Source of the DNA: Aerococcus sp.
GTDB lineage: Bacteria; Bacillota; Bacilli; Lactobacillales; Aerococcaceae
DNA: 64,000 bases
NCBI GenBank assembly: GCA_030528285.1
Contig: JAUMZE010000007.1
Coordinates: 19,316-83,315 of the forward strand
Reading direction: 5' to 3'
Shown piece after piece: positions 42,328 to 51,765 of this stretch. Every line of letters starts with the position of its first letter. Position 1 is the first letter of the stretch. The notes under the pieces were generated by a model that did not search any database, had not been told where the DNA came from, and worked only from the letters and a program-made list of their open reading frames with translations. Made by a program: the position numbers and the translations under genes.

Positions 42328-44352
42328 ATGTTCGATTACAGTGATATTTCAAAAGCGATGACGATCAAACTCGATGATGTCCTACCAGAAAAACCGGCAT
42401 TTGTTGAGGGGATCCGGCGCGCACCTAACCGCGGTTTCCGTTTAACGGAGGCACAGACTAAGCTGGCGTTGAAGAATGCCCTCCGCTATGTGCCAAATAA
42501 ATATCATGAAAAAATTATACCGGAATTTCTCGAAGAACTGCGCACCCGCGGACGGATTTATGCTTATCGTTGGCGTCCAGAAGGTGAAATTCATGGGAAA
42601 CCGATTGATGAATACAAGGGAAATTGTACAGCCGGCAAAGCGATTCAGGTCCAAATTGATAATAACTTAGATTTCGATGTCGCGCTTTATCCTTATGAAC
42701 TCGTCACATACGGCGAAACCGGCCAAGTTTGCTCCAACTGGCTCCAATATCGCTTGATCAAGAAGTATCTGGAAGCCATGACGGATGAACAAACCCTGGT
42801 GGTAGAATCAGGCCATCCAGTGGGGCTCTTCAAATCCAAACCAGAAGCGCCACGTGTCGTAATCACAAACGGGCTTTTGGTGGGCGAATATGACAACCTG
42901 AAAGACTGGGAAATCGCAGAACAGATGGGGGTTACCAACTACGGCCAGATGACAGCTGGAGGGTGGATGTACATCGGACCTCAAGGCATTGTGCACGGGA
43001 CCTACAACACCCTCCTGAATGCCGGCCGTCTCAAACTCGGTATTCCTGAATCTGGTAACTTAGGCGGGAAGTTATTTATTTCTTCTGGGCTCGGCGGGAT
43101 GTCTGGCGCTCAAGGGAAAGCAGCGGATATCGCAGGTGCGGTTTCCATCATTGCAGAAGTCGACCAGTCGCGGATCGATACTCGCCTGGAACAAGGCTGG
43201 ATCAAACAGGTCACCGATAGCGCTACGGAAGCGATCCAATTAGCGCAGGCGAGTCTCGCTAAGGAGGAGCCAATGTCGGTCGCCTACCACGGCAATATTG
43301 TCGATCTTCTCGAATACTGCGTGAAGGAAGACATTCATATCGATCTCCTGTCCGATCAAACGTCCTGCCACAATGTTTACCAAGGGGGCTATTGTCCCGT
43401 TGCGTTGACCTTTGCGGAACGAACGGAGATGCTGGACAAAGATCCAAAATACTTCCGTCAATTGGTGGATGAAGGACTCAAACGACACTATGGAGCCATT
43501 AAAGCGTTGACAGGGCGAGGAACATACTTCTTCGACTACGGGAACTCCTTCATGAAGGCAATCTATGACTCCGGAATCAAAGAAATTTCTAAGAACGGGG
43601 TCGATGACAAGGACGGCTTTATCTGGCCATCCTACGTGGAAGATATCATGGGACCGCTCCTGTTCGACTACGGGTATGGACCATTCCGCTGGGTATGTCT
43701 GAGCGGGAAGCATGAGGACTTGATTGCGACGGACCATGCCGCGATGGAAACGATCGACAAAGGCCGTCGCTACCAGGATCTCGACAACTACAACTGGATC
43801 CGTGACGCTGAGAAGAATCAGCTCGTAGTCGGCACCCAAGCCCGCATTCTCTACCAAGATTGCAAGGGTCGTGTCGATATCGCACTGAAATTCAATGAAC
43901 TCGTCCGTGAAGACAAGATTGGTCCGGTCATGCTCGGACGTGACCACCACGATGTTTCTGGGACGGACTCTCCATTCCGTGAAACCTCCAATATCAAGGA
44001 TGGCTCCAATGTCACGGCAGATATGGCAGTTCAATGCTACGCCGGAAATGCTGCGCGTGGAATGACCATGGTGGCTCTCCATAACGGCGGGGGCGTAGGG
44101 ATCGGTAAATCGATTAACGGTGGTTTCGGGCTCGTTCTCGATGGGAGCGAACGTGTGGACGAAATTATTAAGTCTGCCTTAGCCTGGGATACTATGGGTG
44201 GCGTGGCTCGGCGCAGTTGGGCACGTAATGAACATGCGATCGAAACCGCGATCCACTACAACGAATCGCGTCAAGGCACCGACCACCTCACTATCCCATA
44301 TTTAGCCGATGATACGATGGTGGAACAAGCCGTTAAACTATTATTTGAATAA
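42328..44352 (+). CDS. hutU: Urocanate hydratase (long form)
   Basis: YGQMTAGGWMYIGPQGIVHGT, GLGGMSGAQ, SDQTSCH, GRDHHD, LHNGGGVG. Confidence 0.97.
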   Translation: MFDYSDISKAMTIKLDDVLPEKPAFVEGIRRAPNRGFRLTEAQTKLALKNALRYVPNKYHEKIIPEFLEELRTRGRIYAYRWRPEGEIHGKPIDEYKGNCTAGKAIQVQIDNNLDFDVALYPYELVTYGETGQVCSNWLQYRLIKKYLEAMTDEQTLVVESGHPVGLFKSKPEAPRVVITNGLLVGEYDNLKDWEIAEQMGVTNYGQMTAGGWMYIGPQGIVHGTYNTLLNAGRLKLGIPESGNLGGKLFISSGLGGMSGAQGKAADIAGAVSIIAEVDQSRIDTRLEQGWIKQVTDSATEAIQLAQASLAKEEPMSVAYHGNIVDLLEYCVKEDIHIDLLSDQTSCHNVYQGGYCPVALTFAERTEMLDKDPKYFRQLVDEGLKRHYGAIKALTGRGTYFFDYGNSFMKAIYDSGIKEISKNGVDDKDGFIWPSYVEDIMGPLLFDYGYGPFRWVCLSGKHEDLIATDHAAMETIDKGRRYQDLDNYNWIRDAEKNQLVVGTQARILYQDCKGRVDIALKFNELVREDKIGPVMLGRDHHDVSGTDSPFRETSNIKDGSNVTADMAVQCYAGNAARGMTMVALHNGGGVGIGKSINGGFGLVLDGSERVDEIIKSALAWDTMGGVARRSWARNEHAIETAIHYNESRQGTDHLTIPYLADDTMVEQAVKLLFE

Positions 44353-44454
44353 AGCCATTTCCCAATAAGCTAACCATGATTAGAGCGTTCACCCGATATG
44401 ACGGCGGTGGGCGCTCATTTATCATTCAGACAAGCAGAAAGGAGGAAAAAACGA

Positions 44455-45861
44455 ATGGATCAACCATCAATCACTCAGACTGCAGGACGTCGATTGGTCT
44501 TTCTGGGCGATTTCGGGAGTACATTCTCCAAATTTCAACTGATCGAGCTAGAACCCACTACGCGTATCGGGCATGTGACACTCGAAACGACGCAAAAGAG
44601 TTCGATTATGGACTGTTACCAACAAGCAAAAATGAAGCTACTCGAGGATACGAAATATGATCCAGAGGTGGACCAGCTCGAGGAATATTTCAGTTCCAGC
44701 GCGTGGGGCGGGTTCAAGATGGTCGTGATTGGACTCACGGAGCATCTCACTCAGCAGGCTGCCAGTTTCGCCGCATTGGGGTCTGGTACGCGAATCATCG
44801 GGCGCTATGCTTATCACCTGACCTCAGCAGACCTCGCAGAAATTCAAACCCGCCATCCTGATGCGATTCTTTTGACTGGAGGCACGGATGGGGGCAATCA
44901 GGCGTTTGTGGTGGAGGTCGCAAAACAAATGAGCGATTCCCTCCACGATATTGCCATCATTTACGCTGGGAACAACCAGGCCACTCCTGAGATTGAACGG
45001 ATACTACAAGATAGCGATTGCCCACTCTATCTCTGTGAGAATGTCATGCCCAAGGTCAACGTGATTCAGATTGACAGTGTGAAACAAACGGCCGCAGCAA
45101 TTTTTATCCAGAAGATTGTTGCGTCGAATGGATTAGAGGAGGTCGCAAAATACACCACCCGTCCGATTGTGCCGACCCCGATTGCGGTCCAACAGGCAGT
45201 GCATTTGATCGGAGAAGTGGAGGGTGCGGGCGTTCTCGCAATTGATGTGGGCGGAGCGACGACGGATATTCATAGTTTTGGGTCAGGGGTTTCCCAACAG
45301 CTGAACGTCCTCTATGAAGGCCTCCCGGAACCCCTCCTCAAGCGCACGGTTGAGGGAGACCTCGGTATGCGCGAATCCGCCATGAGTGTTCTGAAACAAT
45401 ATTCCTTGCCTCAGTTAATAGCAGAAACAAGAATGACGGAGAGAGAACTGGTTCAGCGTATCGAGAAACGGACGACACACCACGATTATTTACCAAAAAC
45501 ACCCCTCGAACGCCAATTGGATGAAGCCTTGGCCCTCAAAGCTGTAGATATTGCATTGGATCGCCACCTTGGGACCATTACGAAACGTGACAATCAAACC
45601 TGGATTCAGCGCGGGAAGAGTGCCCGATCATTTCAGACGGTGATCGCAACGGGTGGCGTCTTGATTCATCAAGTGAGTCCCGCACATCTCTCCCGAATAA
45701 TTACGTTAGATACCTCTGCCCATACGCGCCCCGAAAATCCCGCACTCTATATTGATACAGATTATATTCTGTCCACAGCAGGCATTCTCGCACCCATCTA
45801 TCCTGTTGCTGCTCGTGCGTTACTGATAGCGCACCTCCAATGCGTGATACCAGATTCTTAG
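44455..45861 (+). CDS. GlmL/MutL-like ASKHA ATPase (B12-mutase accessory or reactivating factor family)
   Basis: DFGST.SK, SSA.GG.KM, AALG.G, PD.ILL.GGTDGGN, DVGGATTD.HS, KRTVEGDLGMR, TGG. Confidence 0.82.
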   Translation: MDQPSITQTAGRRLVFLGDFGSTFSKFQLIELEPTTRIGHVTLETTQKSSIMDCYQQAKMKLLEDTKYDPEVDQLEEYFSSSAWGGFKMVVIGLTEHLTQQAASFAALGSGTRIIGRYAYHLTSADLAEIQTRHPDAILLTGGTDGGNQAFVVEVAKQMSDSLHDIAIIYAGNNQATPEIERILQDSDCPLYLCENVMPKVNVIQIDSVKQTAAAIFIQKIVASNGLEEVAKYTTRPIVPTPIAVQQAVHLIGEVEGAGVLAIDVGGATTDIHSFGSGVSQQLNVLYEGLPEPLLKRTVEGDLGMRESAMSVLKQYSLPQLIAETRMTERELVQRIEKRTTHHDYLPKTPLERQLDEALALKAVDIALDRHLGTITKRDNQTWIQRGKSARSFQTVIATGGVLIHQVSPAHLSRIITLDTSAHTRPENPALYIDTDYILSTAGILAPIYPVAARALLIAHLQCVIPDS

Positions 45862-45906
45862 TAAGGACAGCTATTAGCGATGTCCTTAGAAAGGTGGGGG
45901 CATTTG

Positions 45907-46347
45907 TTAATTTTCAACTGCTTGATGCGCATTCTGATAGGCTTTCTGGATGGAATCAGGCATGTTCGCCAGCTGGATATCAGTTTCGTTGCCCAATGCG
46001 AGAGCTTGTTGGTAGTACCAGCATTTAAATGTCAGCATGTCCTGGGCGCGTTTCATCTTTTTGATTTCTTGAGACATAATCTGTTGTTGACGTTCGAGGA
46101 GTGCCAGTCGTTCTTGATAGGTGTTTTGGCCGCCCTGACAGAGTGCGATGAAATGTTTGATGTCTTTGATTTCCAGCCCGGACTGTTTGAGACAATCAAT
46201 CACCCGGAGTGTTTCCATTTCCTTCTCACTGAACTGCCGCTGACCGCCTGAACGTTTGAGATCAGGGAACAGTCCCTCCTTGTCGTAGTAGCGCAGGGTG
46301 GAAATCGGTAACTGAAACTGTTTAGAGACTTCGCCAATCGTTGCCAT
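45907..46347 (-). CDS. MerR-family regulator (AdhR/NmlR-like)
   Basis: TIGEVSK...STLRYYDKEGL, IDCLKQSGL.IKDIK, FKCWYY. Confidence 0.92.
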   Translation of the reverse strand: MATIGEVSKQFQLPISTLRYYDKEGLFPDLKRSGGQRQFSEKEMETLRVIDCLKQSGLEIKDIKHFIALCQGGQNTYQERLALLERQQQIMSQEIKKMKRAQDMLTFKCWYYQQALALGNETDIQLANMPDSIQKAYQNAHQAVEN

Positions 46348-46401
46348 GAACTTCTCTCCTTTATTAATAGATGTTCTATTCATTAGGTAAAACAAAAGCG
46401 C

Positions 46402-46432
46402 TTGACCTAAAGTTAACTTCAGGGTCTATGCT
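46402..46432 (+). promoter_or_regulatory. MerR-type promoter/operator
   Basis: TTGACC-19 bp-TATGCT with the dyad CCTaAAGTTAACTTcAGG centred in the long spacer. Confidence 0.85.
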
Positions 46433-46508
46433 GATATTGTAATCAGCAAGAGGAGATTTGTCTATGGAGTCCCTTTTGTCAATGGTGTAAAAAGAAAGGC
46501 GATGCTCA

Positions 46509-47078
46509 ATGAAACTGGAAAATTTTTTAGAAATAATGGATAGTGGCCAAGAGATGATTGCGGGATCAGAGACACATCGATTTATGCATGAGCTATCACA
46601 GGAAGCGCTTAAAATTACGATGGAGTTGAATAATCAATATCATACTGAAGATGAAATAAGAAGGATGATGGAAAAGCTGACAGGACGAGCGCTGGATGAA
46701 AGTTTTTCGATGTTCCCACCGTTTTATACGGATTGTGGTAAGAACACCAAGATCGGCAAAAACGTGTTTATCAATGCAGCTTGTATGTTTCAAGATCAAG
46801 GAGGCATTGAAATTGGTGATGGCTCGCTGATTGGACACCATGTAGTAATGGCGACCTTGAATCATAATTTGAAAGTAGAAGCGAGAGGAAATATCATTCC
46901 AAAACCGATTAAGATTGGTAAGAATGTATGGATCGGAGCGAATGCCACCATCTGTCAAGGAGTAGTAATCGGGGATGGTGCGGTCATTGCAGCCGGTACA
47001 GTCGTTACAAAAGATGTCGCGCGCAATACGGTTGTTGGCGGTGTTCCATCCAAAGTCATCAAAACGATTGAGGAATAG
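46509..47078 (+). CDS. Hexapeptide-repeat (sugar) O-acetyltransferase
   Basis: [25 protein letters not shown] left-handed beta-helix repeats. Confidence 0.9.
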   Translation: MKLENFLEIMDSGQEMIAGSETHRFMHELSQEALKITMELNNQYHTEDEIRRMMEKLTGRALDESFSMFPPFYTDCGKNTKIGKNVFINAACMFQDQGGIEIGDGSLIGHHVVMATLNHNLKVEARGNIIPKPIKIGKNVWIGANATICQGVVIGDGAVIAAGTVVTKDVARNTVVGGVPSKVIKTIEE

Positions 47079-47086
47079 GAAGAGAA

Positions 47087-48078
47087 ATGATGGAAAAAGG
47101 GCATTTAAATTTGACCAAGGAATGGGACAAGGTATTTCCTAAAAGTGACAAAGTGAATCATTCTAAAGTGACATTTGTTAATCGCTATGAGATTACCCTG
47201 GCTGCTGATTTATACGAACCTAAAAACTCAGGGTGGGAGTTGCCGGCAATCGCTGTCAGTGGGCCATTTGGTGCGGTCAAGGAGCAATCATCAGGACTTT
47301 ATGCTCAAGAAATGGCAGAGAGAGGTTTTTTGACCATTGCATTTGACCCCTCATTTACAGGTGAAAGCGGTGGATATCCGTGCTACATGGCGTCACCTGA
47401 TATCAACACAGAAGATTTTCAAGTGGACGTTGACTTTTGGCGACTAATGAAAAAGTAGATCCAGAGAAAATTGGAATCATTGGTATCTGTGGTTGGGGTG
47501 GTATAGCCTTGAATGCGGCAGCACTCGACACAAGAATTAAGGCAACAGTCGCTTCGACAATGTATGATATGACAAGAGTTACCGCAAACGGCTATTTTGA
47601 TGAAGCAGACAATGAAGAAGCAAGACATCAAGCGCGAAAACAACTCAATGAGCAGAGAACGAAAGACTATCAATCCCAAAGTTACAAACGAGCAGGTGGG
47701 GTAGTCGATCCACTGCCGGAGGATGCTCCTCAGTTTGTAAAGGACTACTACGCTTATTATAAGACAGAGCGCGGGTATCATAAGCGATCACTAAATTCAA
47801 ATGAAGGATGGAATGTGATTGGCACGATGTCATTCCTTAACCAACCTATTTTGCAATATAGTAATGAAATTCGTAGTGCAGTCCTTGTTGTGCATGGTGA
47901 TCAAGCGCATAGTTATTATTTTGGAAAAGACGCCTATGAAACTATGATTAAGGACAACGCATATACAGATAGCAAGGAGTTTCTGTCAATCGAAGGAGCT
48001 TCGCATACGGACTTATACGATAATAAGAGCGTCATTCCGTTTGATAAAATACAAGCATTCTTTCAAAAGAATATGTAA
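47087..48078 (+). pseudogene. Alpha/beta hydrolase, frameshifted
   Basis: GPFGAVKEQSSGLYA, FDPSFTGESGG in one frame; GICGWGG nucleophile elbow and ASHTDLYD in another; restoring one T to the T-run at 47435-47438 joins them. Confidence 0.8.
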
Positions 48079-48141
48079 CTCAAGGAAAGCTGTATGAGGA
48101 TATCCTCGTTTGGTTCCGTTATGTTACGAAATAGCTAGATC

Positions 48142-48178
48142 AAAAAAGCCGAGATCCAAAGCAGGGACTCGGCTTTTT
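48142..48178 (+). terminator. Terminator upstream of rpmH
   Basis: AAAAAAGCCGAG...CTCGGCTTTTT. Confidence 0.75.
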
Positions 48179-48339
48179 CATGAATCCCCACTTTTTCATC
48201 CATGAAAATAGGCTTTCAATGATTTTCTCAGTAAAATTGGTTTGTTTTTTGGCGGGGATATGCTAATATACGTACGTTAAGTATTTTTTGTGGGGGAGAG
48301 ACTCGCAAAAAATCATCCAGAATCATAGGAGGTGTCATT

Positions 48340-48474
48340 GTGAAACGTACATATCAACCAAATAAACGTAGCCGTAAGAAGAACCATGGCTTCCGTGAAC
48401 GCATGAGTACTAAGAACGGTCGTCACGTGTTAGCACGTCGCCGTCGCAAAGGAAGAAAACGTCTATCCGCATAA
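48340..48474 (+). CDS. rpmH: 50S ribosomal protein L34 (not in ORF track)
   Basis: GTG start after AGGAGG; translates [44 protein letters not shown]. Confidence 0.98.
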   Translation: MKRTYQPNKRSRKKNHGFRERMSTKNGRHVLARRRRKGRKRLSA

Positions 48475-48500
48475 GACCACAAAGACTGTGGTCTTTTTTT
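48474..48500 (+). terminator. Terminator after rpmH
   Basis: AGACCACA/TGTGGTCT stem followed by a T-run. Confidence 0.8.
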
Positions 48501-48567
48501 ATAGCGCAATCGAATGTATGTTCTGATTGCGTTTCTTTTTTCAACGTAAAAACAAGGAGGCTAGAGC

Positions 48568-48954
48568 ATGCGCAAGAGTTACCGCGTCAAATCAGAGAAA
48601 GCATTTGGTCGCGTCTTTAACGAGGGCAAGAGTAAAGCAAATCGCCAATTTGTTGTTTATGCTTTGGGGAAAGAACAACCGCATTTTAGGGTAGGGATTT
48701 CAGTCGGGAAACGGATTGGTAATGCAGTCACAAGAAACCAAGTGAAACGCCGCATCCGCCAAGCTATTTTCGAATTAAAACCAGAAATACGGCCAAATCT
48801 GGACTTCATTGTGATTGCGAGAAAACCCACTGCGACGATGGATCAAGCCTCGGTGAAGCATTCACTCATTCACGTCCTCACCAAGGCCCACGTCTTGACT
48901 GAAAACCCACCCACACCGATTAAATCTGATAGCAGGAGCGAACATCGTGAATAA
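48568..48954 (+). CDS. rnpA: RNase P protein component
   Basis: RVGISVGKRIGNAVTRNQVKRRIR; synteny. Confidence 0.97.
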   Translation: MRKSYRVKSEKAFGRVFNEGKSKANRQFVVYALGKEQPHFRVGISVGKRIGNAVTRNQVKRRIRQAIFELKPEIRPNLDFIVIARKPTATMDQASVKHSLIHVLTKAHVLTENPPTPIKSDSRSEHRE

Positions 48955-49810
48955 TCATCAATCAAGAAAACGTTGGCTACTCTTAGGCCTCGGACTCGTT
49001 TTGGTTCTGGTATTAACGGGCTGTGCTTCGAATGGATCAGGCGCTTTATTCTCCCCGATCAATGAGAACTCAACCGGTTTCTGGGATCGTATTATCCTCT
49101 ACAACCTCTCCCAAATTATTATCTATCTCTCGAATCTCTTTGGGGGCAACTATGCGGTAGGGATCATCCTGTTTACCATTATCATTCGGGCTGTCCTGAT
49201 TCCACTTTACCAATTCCAGCAAAATTCCACGACGCGTATGCAGGAGATGCAGCCAGAAATGCAGGCTCTGCGGGAAAAATACGCCTCGAAGGATCCAGAA
49301 TCACAGCAGAAACTAGAAGAAGAAACCGCTAAACTTCAAGAGAAATATGACTATAATCCTTGGATCGGCTGTTTACCATTGATCATCCAATTACCGATCT
49401 TGACGGCAGTGTACCAGGCTATTATTAGAACGCCGGAACTGCGTCAGGGCCACTTACTATGGATGAACTTGGGAAACGCGGACCCTTACTTCATTTTGCC
49501 ACTGTTGGCCGCTATTTTTATGTGGTATAACAGCTACCTCATGCAGGTAGCGAGCGGGCAAAAAGGTGGGATGAGTGTCGCAATGCAATGGGTCATGCCG
49601 ATTATGATCTTTATCATTGTGATGCAGTTACCGGCCGCTATTTCACTATACATGGTGACCACGAACCTCTTCTCCGTTGTTCAAACCTTGGCGATCAATA
49701 ATCCGTATCGCCAGCAACAAGAGCGCCAAGAAAAGGCTGCCCACGAACGAGAATTGAACCGTCGACTGGAGAAGGCACGCCGCAATCCACGTGGTAAGAA
49801 ACACAAATAA
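48947..49810 (+). CDS. yidC: Membrane protein insertase YidC
   Basis: Lipobox LTGC, GCLPLIIQLPIL, DPYFILP. Confidence 0.96.
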   Translation: MNNHQSRKRWLLLGLGLVLVLVLTGCASNGSGALFSPINENSTGFWDRIILYNLSQIIIYLSNLFGGNYAVGIILFTIIIRAVLIPLYQFQQNSTTRMQEMQPEMQALREKYASKDPESQQKLEEETAKLQEKYDYNPWIGCLPLIIQLPILTAVYQAIIRTPELRQGHLLWMNLGNADPYFILPLLAAIFMWYNSYLMQVASGQKGGMSVAMQWVMPIMIFIIVMQLPAAISLYMVTTNLFSVVQTLAINNPYRQQQERQEKAAHERELNRRLEKARRNPRGKKHK

Positions 49811-49832
49811 CGACATGGGAAAGGATCGTAGC

Positions 49833-50744
49833 ATGGAAACCAAAATTTACGAAGCTAAAACCATCGATGAAGCGATTCAAAAAGGCCTTAAAGATCTCAA
49901 CCTCACAGATCAAAATGAGGTCGAAGTAACGATCGTCCAAGAACCAAGAAAAGGATTTCTCGGTTTAGGCGAAAAGAAAGCAATTATCCAACTTTCCAGC
50001 AAAAAGCCGGTGGAAGTCGCCCCTGTTGAACCAAAAACAGAGGAAACAATGACAGCTACTGAATCGAATGCAGAGGCAACAGAAGCAGCTGTTGAACCCG
50101 AAGTAGAGGTATCCCCGGCAGTTGAAGAAACGACCGAAGAAGAAATCACGCAGAAGGTAGAAACTCCTTCTCAAGCGGACGCCAAGCCAGAAACCGAGAA
50201 AGAAATCGCTAAAGAAGCTACCCCTAAATCACCATCGAATCCAGATATCTTCGGGTCTGATGACGATGACGACGAGGAAGAACAATCGGAACAAACTTAT
50301 GATGTCGATTGGGTGGCACACTACATTATTGACGTGATGAAGAACTATCTCGTCGATGTGAGTGTTGATGTAGAGGATAATGATGATTTAATTATTTATC
50401 ATATCAATACGGATAAACCGGGCCTCGTAATTGGAAAACATGGGAAGATCATCAATGCCTTGGAAGTGCTCGCGCAGGTTCTCACGCATCGTCATGTCAG
50501 GAGTCGTGTGCGGGTGGCATTGAACGTGGGCGATTATCGCGAACGCCGCCATCATATTTTGGAGAACTTGGCGGAACGGATCGCGGATGACGTCACCATG
50601 AACCAGAACACTGAATATCTCGATCCCCTGCCAGCAAGAGAACGCAAGATTGTGCATCAGACATTAGCGAAGTACCAACATATTCAAACCCATTCTGAAG
50701 GGCGAGAACCGCGTCGTTATCTCGTTGTGTCCTACAAAGACTAA
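49833..50744 (+). CDS. jag: RNA-binding protein Jag/EloR/KhpB
   Basis: Jag-N domain (KGFLG), acidic linker, KH GLVIGKHG, R3H ERKIVH. Confidence 0.95.
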   Translation: METKIYEAKTIDEAIQKGLKDLNLTDQNEVEVTIVQEPRKGFLGLGEKKAIIQLSSKKPVEVAPVEPKTEETMTATESNAEATEAAVEPEVEVSPAVEETTEEEITQKVETPSQADAKPETEKEIAKEATPKSPSNPDIFGSDDDDDEEEQSEQTYDVDWVAHYIIDVMKNYLVDVSVDVEDNDDLIIYHINTDKPGLVIGKHGKIINALEVLAQVLTHRHVRSRVRVALNVGDYRERRHHILENLAERIADDVTMNQNTEYLDPLPARERKIVHQTLAKYQHIQTHSEGREPRRYLVVSYKD

Positions 50745-50854
50745 TTTATTACGTAGCGTCATGCCTATTCAGAGTGCATCTGGATAGGCATTTTTGCTGT
50801 GAAATAGGATAATAAAGAGTATTTGATGAATGAACAGGTATAAGGAGGTAAATA

Positions 50855-51667
50855 ATGGGCATTCGTGTAGTTGCGATTGATTTAGATGGGAGTTTATTAA
50901 CAACAGATAAGCAGCTCTCCAACACAAATATCCAAACGGTTCAACAAGTGATGGACAGTGGAACGCGCGTGGTGATCTGTACCGGGCGCTCGCTCCCTGG
51001 GGTGGAACGGTTTGTGAAACAGCTGGATTTCGCCAGAGAGGAAGAATATATGATCCTCCAGAATGGAGCAGCGACCTACCAACTGCCAGCGTATGAGCGA
51101 ATTGAGGATCATACCATCAAACAGGGCGGGGTAACGGCGGCGTTCGACTACATTGCGGAGTACCCGCAGTTCGAGATTGTCGCCCTCACTGAGCAGGAAT
51201 TCTACTACACCGGCGATCACCTGAACGATCGTATGGCATTTGAGGCGAAAACCTTGGCGAGTCCAGCAATCCAAACGTCCCGATCCACCCTAAAGCAGCG
51301 TGATGATCTCTACAAAATCATTATCATGGGCGATCCTAAACTGATGCAGGACGTCATGGATTCCGCGCCTCAACCTGTACGTGAGGAAATCACCATGATC
51401 CATTCCCTCCCTGACTTGATTGAGTTCATCCCCAAAAACGTCAATAAAGCGGTCGGCCTCAAACATCTTTGCCAGCGCCTCGACATCCAAGCTGAGGACG
51501 TCATGGCAATTGGGGACGAACATAACGATATTGAAATGCTTCAGTTTGCGGGGCTGGGTGTTGCGATGGGGAACGCGAATGAATCCGTCAAGGCGGTTGC
51601 GAACGCCATCACTGCGACCAACAATGACGATGGGGTCGCCCAAGCACTGAAGCAATATCTCTTATAA
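50855..51667 (+). CDS. Cof-type HAD hydrolase
   Basis: DLDGSLL, CTGR, NKAVGL, AIGDEHNDIEML, AMGNA. Confidence 0.93.
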   Translation: MGIRVVAIDLDGSLLTTDKQLSNTNIQTVQQVMDSGTRVVICTGRSLPGVERFVKQLDFAREEEYMILQNGAATYQLPAYERIEDHTIKQGGVTAAFDYIAEYPQFEIVALTEQEFYYTGDHLNDRMAFEAKTLASPAIQTSRSTLKQRDDLYKIIIMGDPKLMQDVMDSAPQPVREEITMIHSLPDLIEFIPKNVNKAVGLKHLCQRLDIQAEDVMAIGDEHNDIEMLQFAGLGVAMGNANESVKAVANAITATNNDDGVAQALKQYLL

Positions 51668-51765
51668 ATAAATCAAAATTAATAAGAGAGCGTTAATTCT
51701 CGTATGGAGTGGTCGATCGGCAGCATGACTCGTGTTACAGTGGACCATTATGAGTTAAAGGAGCG

